The notes under the pieces: model-generated
Seen by the model: only the letters and a program-made list of their open reading frames with translations
What the model was told of the DNA's origin: nothing
Database searches by the model: none
In this document: positions 41,004 through 51,542 of the stretch, piece after piece
Layout of the letters: each line of letters opens with the position of its first letter
Position numbering within the stretch: position 1 is the first letter of the stretch
Translations under genes and position numbers: made by a program
Source: Styela clava
Taxonomy: Eukaryota
Direction of reading: 5' to 3'
Assembly (NCBI RefSeq): GCF_964204865.1
Contig: NC_135264.1
Span: 12,586,001 to 12,650,000 of the forward strand
DNA: 64,000 nucleotides

Positions 41004-42898
41004 ATGAAAGGTTTTATCCTTGCGCTTGTAATAAGCGTCTTTGCGGTATCCTGGGCCCAAGATGGGGCTGACGGACCGAATCCACTCCAGGTTGTAAATG
41101 TTGCAAATGTGAAAGAAGAAAAACCCGGGGGCGACCTAATCGTAACTAGTGAAGAAAGTAATGTAGGTGACAATACTCTGTCTTCAGCTTCTTATAACTC
41201 CGGCCAGTCTGGGGCAACTGGAGCAAAATCTCTGGCAACCGGGGCTAGACATTTTTGGCCCCCTCCAGTATACCCACATCCTAATCCTTATGACACATGT
41301 CCAGTATACAGGTAAGAGTTGTTTGAAAAATTTGTTATTTTATCGAACTATATTCAACGTAAAACACGACTGCTAATTTTTATAATTTAGGTATGAGCCG
41401 AAGGACCCCGTCTGTAGAGCAGGTCATTCTTGCAGCAAGCGTCGATGTAAAATTAAAGTAAAGAAAGGATATTACTGCGGATTGGAATTCTACTTGTACA
41501 ACCCATTTTGGGTCGCCGGAAGCTATTGCAAGTAAGTCATGGATTGATAGAAAATATATTTTTAAATAATATAGAAACCATTTCACTAGCTAACGTGTAC
41601 TCAACAATAGTTTTTCGACGGGTATATATAGATAGATTGAGCTTACCCGAACTACCCAGTTTCTTTGTATTTTCAATTAGATATATATATATAGTACTTT
41701 GCAGTATATAATAAATGTATCTGCTTACAATTCCTATTTTTTTCGTTCAATTCCCAAACAATGTATAGAAGGTTTTTAAGTTATGTATTGTCTGAATCTT
41801 CATGAGGTGTTAAAAATCATTCACCGCTTATTCTCTTTTTTAAATAAATGTTTCTACATACGTGATGTGTTGAAATAGTTTTGCGCTTTTGCGCGTGATT
41901 CTGTAAAATCATAAAATTACGCGCTTCGGGCTATTTTTCATCAGCGCTTTTAACGTGAAAGTAAACAAACGTGCGCTGACGAACATGAACCACACGGAAT
42001 TAATTGGAAAGTAGATTATTTATATCTGCTGTTGATTTTCAGTCCAAAAAAGTATGACATTGTCATTGTCAATAATAAACCGCCCTTCCGAGGCGCTCAA
42101 CCAATAACATATTGATGAAAAACCCGACAGCCTACGATTTATTTTATTTTATTAAGATGTTGACACAGCATTTGACTTAACTTTTTATTGCAGGTCTCAA
42201 TCTAAGTGTGGACTCGATTACTGGCGTCTATGTTACTGTAGAACCAAGTTCTGTTGGTTCAAGCTGAAACGTGTTATCAAACACTACAGCAAATATTACT
42301 TCGTTTATGCGTGGATGAGAGTAAGTATTACTTGTTTTATGGATTTTTGGGAATTGATTATCTCTATATAATATAATATCAAAAATATATTCTGGAATAC
42401 CATAATTATATGCTCTGTTACAACAACTCCCATCTTGGGCCTCGTCATACGGATACATGTTATCACCGTTTGTTTCAATGTGCCGCTTATCTTATTGAAC
42501 GTGGCATGGATACGGACAAATGTCCTACAAATATTTTTTTATTCAATGGTCATCAAAGTATATCAATGAGATTGACGCGATTCATAAGTCATATTTAACA
42601 GGTATGAGTGACGTAATTGTGCGGGTTTCAGTAAAACTTCCTTAAGGCCTTTCAATTTTACTAAATATTAGGAAATATTTAGAACTTCGTATTTCTTAAC
42701 TACAGTATGCTTTTTCTATTGCAGCACCCATGCGGATGTGAATGCCGTGGCAAGAAGAAGCAAAAGCCATACATTCCTCATCCAACTATATACCATCCGC
42801 CCACACCTCACACAATTTATCCGGATTTACCATACTATCCGGATCAACCTTATTATCCGGATACAGACCACCCCTATCCACATGGTCCCATTTGGTAA
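41004..42898 (+). CDS. Array gene 8, secreted Cys-rich protein with Pro/Tyr/His/Asp tail, 249 aa. Exons 41004-41311, 41391-41531, 42194-42320, 42725-42898
   Basis: 308+141+127+174=750 nt. Signal MKGFILALVISVFAVSWA; core ..DTCPVYR/YEPKDPVCRAGHSCSKRRCKIKVKKGYYCGLEFYLYNPFWVAGSYCK/SQSKCGLDYWRLCYCRTKFCWFKLKRVIKHYSKYYFVYAWMR/HPCGCECRGKKKQKPYIPHP...YPDLPYYPDQPYYPDTDHPYPHGPIW*. TATAAAA at 40931. Confidence 0.9.
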
Positions 42899-43321
42899 TG
42901 AGGATCTATGACTATGGTTGTAAATGAAGACAGTTCAATAATGTTGGAATTCTTTTTATTTTGTTTTGTTGATGGGTTTGAAGTGCCACCGTGAAGATGT
43001 CGCTGCTGGATAACTAGTATATTGGTTCTCCGCGTCTTCCTCCACCTTGGAATGTGATTTTAAACACTTTATTTTCAATTCAGTATATTTAGTGCATATT
43101 TTAGCACGGAGAAAAAATAAATAAATACTGATTACTGCTCAATTATGGTGACAAATAGTCTCTTATGTCTCGCCAACGTTTAAAAGCCATGTATAGTTGA
43201 AGTAGGGATTTTTTGAGTTTGAATCAACAAATGTGGAAGTTTATTCATCTTAACCGATTGTACGGTCCCGGATAAAAAACATTAAGGCGTTTGAACACAA
43301 ATTGAGCCAGGATAGAATATT

Positions 43322-43546
43322 GGGTACGCCTGTTGTATGCGAACCATGGACACCGGAACGTAGTATGTGTACCAGGTTAGGCCATAATTTTATTCCAATT
43401 TATCTTATTTTAGTTTTTTTACGAGTTCGGGGACTAGCCAAGTGACTCAAGTAGTATTTGTACCTGAAATTATGGTCTAACCCTAACCTGGTACACATAC
43501 TACGTTCCGGTGTCCGCCATCTTGGTTCACATACTACGGGAGTACC
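43322..43546. mobile_element. MITE family 1 copy
   Basis: GGACACCGGAACGTAGTATGTGTACCAGGTTAG ... CTAACCTGGTACACATACTACGTTCCGGTGTCC...GGGAGTACC inverted arms. Confidence 0.8.
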
Positions 43547-46500
43547 GAATATTGTATCGAAGCAGAGATAAAAGAAAGAAGTTGTGTATACGAATTCGTA
43601 GGATACAATTTGAATGAACACAACGTTTGAATTAAAAACGGTTTTTATCATTTTTTTCGTAAGCTATAAAAATATACAAAAGTAAACCTAATACTGGCAA
43701 AACAAAATGCCATTTTAAGTCTACAAAGATTCCAAATAAATATTAGGTTTGGAAGCCCATTGTTTTTTCTCCTATACTTTTAAAACGCCAAAACGGACAT
43801 CTTCTCTCACACTATCCGGAACAATTACAGATAGTGGCTCCTTGGCGTCATACTCAGTATCACCCCACACTACTGAATAAGTTCCCAACATAAAAGGCTA
43901 TAGCTTGAAGTCGGATTTTATTCGCCATCGAAAAGTACTAATCACTTTTATTGTGGCTTAAAATTATAGGTTTTTCAAATTCCTGGGCATCGGAAGACTG
44001 ATAGCAATATTTATAAAACCGTACATGTCACGCACGTCGCGGGCGTCTGTTATTTTAAAATAAGAAAAATAATTGTTCAAGCTTGGGTTATGGATATACA
44101 GTACATTGACAATTAGGCGTTGGGTGATTGCATTTTCTGAAAATATTCACTGGATAAGATCTATGATGATAAGGTCATAAATAATATGCAAAGATTTAAC
44201 TAAAATTTATTTCGAATAATATTTTTGTTACTCGGTCAACACATTGCACTTTTTCCCGTTCGAGGATATCAAGTAGACGATGTTTTGACAAGGTCGATAA
44301 CCTGAGATACATAGGCCGCAAAAATGCACTTATTGCGATATAAAAGCAATAATAAAAGTGTTCATCTAAGCTCAATTGTCATTTAAAATACAGAAAATCG
44401 GAAAATATCCGTATAGTGTATATCAGGGGTTGGCAATTACTTTTCTAAGTGGGCAGGATACAGATAATAGACTTAGACACCATTAAAAAAAGATGAATAT
44501 TTGATAAAAACAAAAGATAGCAGCCACGACGAAGACAAGCAAATGACGTTGGCACAAGCGCTTCATGCTTTGGTTGCACGCGATGAAAACGAATTTGTGT
44601 CATTGATAACGAAAGTGGCTGAGAAAGAAATGCTGCTATGTGAAACAAGCAGAGACAGAAAACATGGAAAAGTTGTAAGACGCCCTAAAATCAATTAAAT
44701 CTACGTCAGTTAAGGCTGAGCGTGCATTTTTAGCGCTTGAATTTTTTCCCAACAAAATCGTCTTACTCTCATGTTTTCGCATAAGAAACATACATGACAG
44801 TGTGTTTTTTTTTTAATTTTATTTATTTATTAGATGGTGGAAATCGTGACACCGGGATTTCAAATCTGGTCCCGAAATAGAAACCCTACTCAAAACTCAA
44901 TATGAATTAAAACGGTTTATTTGCAAATAACTAGACACAATGATTAACGGGACTGATGTAGCCTACTGCATGCCTCCAGAAGCTTGTTTAAATCAGGCTC
45001 GAAGTTGCTTGTGCTGATTCTTAAGACTGATTGTAGATTTGAATCCGTTAAAGGAGATCTGTTTTTGCTTATGTTGGTCTTCATACACGAGAAGGTTTGC
45101 TCGCATATGTATGTTGATGCAAACACCACGAACATTTTTTGGGGAAAATCTTTGATATTTTCCTTTGTGAAGTGATAAATAAAACTCAATCAATGACTTC
45201 TTTTCAAAACTGCTTTTCAAAGCATTGTTAGCTTAGAAATAAATGAGTTCCACCTATAACTCGTCAGCGATCTTTTCAACATCGTATGAGACTGAAGACT
45301 CCAGTAAATCAAATGCATGCTTCATAGCATTGAAATCAGAAAATATTCTGACGAATTCTGCTCTCAGTGATGAGTCCACTGTACTTTTTTTTTTGCAGAT
45401 GTAGCGTTAACAGACTGACTTTTTGAAAGAGGAAAGTGAGCATAATTTTCATTAGATATTTGTTTCGCGAAAAGTGCAAGCTTTGTTTGAAATGATTTAA
45501 CCTCCAAATGTAAACCATGAGCAAATACTCCTTTTCCTTGGAGTTTTTTTCTTAAGTTCCTTCATTTTTTGCTTTATATTTGTAGCAAATGCAAAATCAG
45601 GCAACCATTCTGTATCCTGTGCTTTGGTAAAGAAGTCAAAGACTATATATTTCATTTCAAAAAACACGACAATCTCTTCTTCAAGTTCCCAAACTCTTTT
45701 AAACACGATTCCCAAACTAAGTCACCTTACATTGGTGTAAATGGATTGGTAGCGTACATCAAAGAAATCGGAATCAGTGTTTTGCAAGAAATCCCGATAT
45801 TGTCTGTGATTTAATCTTTTTGATCTAATTACATTCACTGCTTGTACTACTGGATTTACAACATATATATTTGAAATTTAACCTGGATTTGCAAAGACTT
45901 CCCTGATGTGTTTCCCTGTATTATACAGTGAAATGTGATATAACCCAATGAAGTGGGTGATCAGCTTGAATTTTGTCATTTATGTTTTTTATAAGTCTAG
46001 TATGTTTCTCAATTAATGACGACGCACCATCTGTTGTTATGCTCACAAGCTTATCGAGACATAACTGTGACTTTTCTAAAGAGTGCATAACACTGTTGAA
46101 CAGATCTTGCCCCGTGGTAGTGCCTTTGAGTCTCCCCATGGACAGCATATCTTCCGTGGTGCAAATTTATTCGTCGATTCCCCTGGTAAAAATCAGTAAC
46201 TGCGCTGTGTCCAATTTATCTGTTTACTCGTTTAAAGCAGTGATTCTCGAAGTGGGCGATATCGCCCCCCCCCCCCCCCCCCCCCCCCGGTGGGCGAAAA
46301 CGATACAGAGAGGGGCGAAAAGGTCGATAGGGGGGCGATTTCGCGAAACCTGTTTTTGCTCGGCGCACAGTGCACTTAATTCTGTACTCTGTGTGCATTT
46401 GCAGGCTTGAATCTCGTGGTCGATTATCACACGCGAAAGGATTGCTGGACTCGTCTCCGCAGTAAGGTACTGTAGTTTGCGTATCCCAGTGGTTGGTAAA

Positions 46501-47172
46501 ATACGGCTGGAGTAAAAAAAATCTGGCCCGGGACGATTCACCGAATGAACCTATCCCCGACCTTTGACCGCGGAAAATTCTTCCTATACTTTACCATTTT
46601 AAAATATTTGGGGCTTATTTTAAGAGGTTTCGCGAGTTGTTGCCTGTGTAAAATGGGTGTATTTGTTTCAAACTATCATCATACTTCATATCATTCAACA
46701 ATCTGTTTTTTAAAAGTACCGCTAAAATTTTTTAGCCTAGTCTATCACAGCTATTTCTACACCAATTTTTGATTACTGTATTTAAACTGAAACTCATAGG
46801 AAGACAAAGTAATCATTGACGTATATGATTTATATTTAAATCTCCGAAAAACAACTAAAAACTAACGAATATAATCCAAAAACACGAAAATGAGAAATGT
46901 TCACGACCACGTCTGAAAGTCTGTCTGAGTGGATGCGAATGGGGGGGGAATTGTTACGTTTATTTTTACATTTTGCTGATTGGCCAATGTCACAATGCAA
47001 ACAAGGAAGTCTATGCCCGGGTAAACATCCAAACGGCGGTTTTGACGATGAATTTATAATCTACGCTCAAGGAGTAAATTACATTTTCTTACGTAACAGA
47101 ATTCATCGTGAGACACGTTTAGACTAAATTTTATCATATCCTAAAAATTCTATTGAACAGCTAGCTACTCGT

Positions 47173-49367
47173 TAGGTTTGCACGTAATTGACAAAAATCA
47201 ATTCCGTAATTACGGCAAAATCAATTACGTAATGACCCCGTAATTGCGATATTTTTCCACGCATTTAAACCTATCATAACAACCAATTGAATCCACTTCT
47301 TTTCCGAATGGGACATTGAAGTTGGGTTTTCATATTCTTGGCAGTACTACACGCCGTCGACAGATGTTAAAGACAAATATCAAGGAGTGAATTCAAATAA
47401 ATTTTATTCTGATTTTTATCTTTTGTGTTAGCTTTGGTTTTCCTTTATCACCTTCGCAAATTAACCGTCCCATTTTTATGCGATCAATTTTATTTTATCA
47501 TTACCGACACTGGTATACGGATATTTATGGAAACGATAGTTTTTTAAAACCACCTTAATACTGAATAAAAATTACGGGTTTCTAATTTATTAACCAACGA
47601 CGAGCGTATTCACTCGTTTGATTATACTTGCGATTTCCTCGCGACGAAGACTTGTTTTTGCAGCGTCTTCTGCATTATCCGACATTACTGCCTTGTTAAG
47701 CATTTTATAATAATAATTATTGATGTCGACTTATTGACGATATTCCGATTACCATGCTTCATTTTACATTTAATCATCTCGCGGACTGAATGTTTATAAC
47801 ATTATTTGCGATAAATTTAGATCAAATATTATTTATTTGAGTATAATTTAAATATCGAACTTATATGATATGCCTTCTCCGAAAATACAAAAGTTATATC
47901 GCAAAACAATGCATTTTGTGACATTTATTTTACACTCACGACATTTATTTGCTAACTCAAGTCGGCGATCCTATCGGCCAAGATTGACACAAGTTTGGTC
48001 GAGTGCCGGTGGTATTCAAGTCGACGATAAATCAAAATAAGTTGGCGCATTTGGTAAGACAGTTAATCATATATGGCCGAAATATTGAGAGGAATTGTGA
48101 AAAACATCATGCGGACTGATATATAACATCATCCGGACTGATATATAACGATAAAACCGTTAACAGAACATCAAGATTTTGTAATAGAAAATGGATCTCG
48201 CACAGAATAAACACACTGGCTCATATTTGATTATATATGATAGCAGTTAAATTTTTTGCGGTCCGCGAGGAATCCGTCGTTTTGCTGTTTCTCTGCCGTC
48301 TCAATCGCTTTACCGATGCCGAGAAGACGAAGTTGCGTTGGTTCATTACGCAATCTCTCTTTTGTCGTCATATTGCTATTTGATAAGCGCGACATTAATT
48401 ATCACGGCGAGTTATTGGCGCGAGTGATCAATCGCTCTTTTCGCTTATTTGGTTCCAATTCGTCACGAAAGCTCTTCGTTAAATTTCACAAGATCGTCGT
48501 GTTGAAAGGTTATGGATATTTTCCTGTTTATACCCCAAGTCTGAAATAAAACAGCCAAAAACAGTATGATATTCCATGTTCATATATCAAGTGTTGATAT
48601 TAACAATAAAGAATGGTTAAGCATTGCTAATCCACACTTGGTGGGGAATTCCCACTATTTAAACGCGTGACTATAAAATAGAATAAAATAGAAACGGAAC
48701 ATATATACCATAAGTAACGGAAAACTGGAACAAAGAAATAATAAATAAAAGTAAAATGGATACAAATGTTTGATAGACCATGTTTGAAAGATTGATCTCC
48801 TGCGTTCATTAGTCATTTCACCCGAAGAAGTTGAAACCGGGCGTGTTAGCGTCCATCGGTCTTAACACAATTCTTCCCCCTATCTACGGTTATTATGTAC
48901 ATTGGCCATGGCCAAGCTAGATAAGATGCGAGAGAAGTTGAAACCAGGTGTGTTGGCGTCAATCGGTCTCAACGCAATTCTATCCCTTATCTACGGTTAA
49001 GTTACGGGAGAAGTTAAAACCAGGTGTGTTGGCGTCAAACGGCCCTACTCAGTTCTTCCCCCTTAACTACGTTAATAATTTACATTGGCCATGCCAGAGA
49101 AGTTGATAATAGGTTAGTGAATGGCAACGCGTCATGCCCTCCTTCACCTACGTAGCAAGAAAGGTAAAAGAGAGAAAAACGGCTGCGAATACCGGAACTC
49201 TAACTTCTACTTGTTGAGCTTTCATTTTTCGCAATCGACGAAATTGACTGCTTTGAAGAAAGCTCGTTTCAATGCAATAATTACGACTTTACGTAATTCG
49301 TAACTTCCCTTCCGTAACTCAAAATAATTACGTAATTACGTAAATCCGTAAATTACGTGCAAGCCTA
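47173..49367. mobile_element. Innermost TIR element (hAT-like, TAGG termini)
   Basis: TIR TAGGTTTGCACGTAATT / AATTACGTGCAAGCCTA, 8-bp TSD CTACTCGT, subterminal CGTAAT/ATTACG repeats. Confidence 0.88.
48825..49105 (+). repeat. Short tandem array (about 3 units of 75-105 bp, GAAGTTGAAACCAGGTGTGTTGGCGTC...) inside the innermost element
   Basis: Units start at about 48828, 48935 and 49010. Confidence 0.75.
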
Positions 49368-51334
49368 CTACTCGTTTAACGAGCCTACAATTTAATTATA
49401 ATTAGACAAATGGAAACACGAAGAAAAAAAAGTTGCTGTTGAGGGCAGGGGTTCAATAGCGCAGTAAATATTCGAATATATTGCAATGCTATAAGGAAAT
49501 AAAATTCATATTCTTTTCGAGAGATTCATCACTGCGTAATTTTTGTAAAAGTGTATCTTCTAAGAAAATCTTTATCAAAATTTCACAAACCATGCGAGAA
49601 TATTCACTTAGATGTTTGGAAGTACCTATTTGTGCGAACAATTATTTTCGAAAACGGAGACATTACAAGGAACAAGCAAAGAACTGGGATTAGCCCATTT
49701 GGAAAATCTTCCAATCTTGGCGTCGTAAAGCTATCAAGCGTGATGCAGCAACAAGACAGTGTCACATTAAATGTCATTGTAATAATTTTTTAATAAGACG
49801 AATAATTTGAGTTCACGAATTGTCGCAGTTTTCGCGCGTTGTTCCGTTTTTAACTTTTAAAAATGTATGCGACCCGCAAAAGACTAGCAATTCTAAATTT
49901 TGTCTCGCGAGCGACTTAAAATTTGCCGACCCCTGGGCCGTAGTCGACAGTCGGTCACAACTTCTTCCACATCCGAGTCCATGAATCCAAAATCAAATAG
50001 CTGATTAATTCTATGGTCTGGTGATCGGACTGGAGGCCGTGGTAGGGTGAGAAATCGGGGATGAATTTTACCGAAGTATTTTAGTGCAGGTCATCAGGCT
50101 GTAGGAATGATGAGATGTACGAAAATCATTAATATAACTTTGGGAAAATTAACTTTGGTTTCATTATTTTAATGTGAAATGGGGTGAATTTAGGGAGTGA
50201 AATGCTATAAGGTAAGAGTACACAGCGGTTTTGGAGGAGGTAGAACCTGGAATCGTTCATTTCCGACCTATTATTATGGCGAAAAGGATTTTTGAGCCAT
50301 GCTTCTATTGCTATCAAAACAACGAAATCACCTTTCCATCAGTAAACTGGGTAATTTCAGATATAATAAAAAACTCGCTGGAGAACACCAAACTCATCCA
50401 TCTCATTAAAAAACACCATGAACTATGATTTGTCTCCTTATTTGGTCTGTAATATATTCGTTTCTGACTTTACATTTTTTTGTAGTTGGGGGGGGGCGAT
50501 GAAGTTGTATAAACTAGTGTAGGGGGGCGATGGTCAAAAAAGTTTGGGAACCACTGGTTTAAAGCGATTGAAACATTTGAACGTATTTGCCGTATTCAAC
50601 AGATTTGCTTGCAAGTCGGCAGCAATAGCTTTTACTCTACGAACTGTATATAGCTATCTGTGACATGGGAATCGCTCCGATTTTTCACTTCACTTCTGGA
50701 CACACAATGTTGATAGCGTCAACCATGCAGGCTTTCACAAATTCTGCATCCGAAGAAGGCTTCTTGCAATCCTGTATGCTAAAACAAAACTTGCCTTTGT
50801 AGCAGCCTCTTGGGTCGATGAAAACTTGATAAGGGTACGCTGTTGCTGTTTCAGCTTTATACCCATATCTGCTGCCTAAATTATGTAGCCATAATTTCAG
50901 CAGGAACAAGTGGGCCGGATCCGGCCCGCTGGTCGTAATTTGCCCACCTCTGGTGTATATGGTTAAAGGTAATTTTATTATCTAGAAAGGCAATCAGTGA
51001 GCATTCGTCACAATACGTCATGGAATTACAAAGCGATAATGTAACATTTTTCGCAGTGCTAGTCCCAGAAATAAATATCATACACATTTCACGATCTAAT
51101 CTACACCACAATACTTTATTAGCCACATAGATAATATTGAATGTCGTCGAAAGGATATTAACGTTACCTAACCATGTGAATCATGTAATCAAATATTTTT
51201 TGTACATGAATAGAAAAAAAAAAATGAAAAAATCAGTATCAAATGAGAAAATGCTTTTTTGCCTCATACAATGAAATTTGTGAATACCATTGCAACGAGC
51301 TTTCCAGTATACGTTTTTGTTGTTCATCTGATAA

Positions 51335-51542
51335 ATGCGTTGGACGATGGCAAGATTGCTTTTAGTTGGAGTCTTCGTGCTGTCATGGGCAGCGAAACAG
51401 ATTGAAATGGCTGAAGCAATACAACTATCATCTGGATTACGAGTGGCTCCATATTCGGATCATAGTCAAGATTTACCACAATTTTTTTTACCGTATATCC
51501 GTTCAAGGCGCAATGCAGATAAGAAAATTTCCTCTGCCTCCA
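51335..51542 (+). CDS. Putative first exon of a secreted precursor (signal-like N-terminus, RSRR furin-type site); rest unidentified
   Basis: MARLLLVGVFVLSWAA hydrophobic stretch; YIRSRR; consensus donor A|GTGAGT at 51543. The unspliced ORF would run to 51640. Partial duplicate at about 52960-53070. Confidence 0.4.

Larger units (their letters stand above)
46238..50556. mobile_element. Non-autonomous hAT element inserted into the outer transposase
   Basis: CAGTGATTCTCGAA ... TTTGGGAACCACTG with 8-bp TSD GTTTAAAG (46230-46237, 50557-50564); transposase sequence resumes on both sides. Confidence 0.88.
44424..50952 (-). mobile_element. Decayed hAT DNA transposon (Buster/SPIN/Charlie, GTF2IRD2-like transposase); outer element of the nest
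   Basis: TIRs CAGGGGTTGGCAATTAC / GTAATTTGCCCACCTCTG with 8-bp TSD GTGTATAT. Minus-strand transposase remnants KPSSDAEFVKACM (about 50760), DTAQLLIF..GTTTGQDLF..ITTDGA (46220-46020), FASTYICEQTFSCMK (about 45120-45080), with stops and frameshifts. Confidence 0.9.

Noticed and set aside
918-42898. Assigning the family to vanabins, IL-17, metallothioneins or defensins
   Set aside because: No regular C-x2-5-C repeat array as in vanabins, no IL-17 RSxSPW/NRYP motifs, and size and spacing do not fit metallothioneins or defensins. No gene symbol assigned.
45973-46541. ORFs with poly-Pro/poly-Gly
   Set aside because: Artefacts of a long C run at the end of the inserted hAT element and of antisense transposase sequence.
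48825-49105. CRISPR-like repeat array
   Set aside because: Eukaryotic DNA, whole units repeat with no unique spacers and no cas genes; it is a minisatellite inside a transposon.
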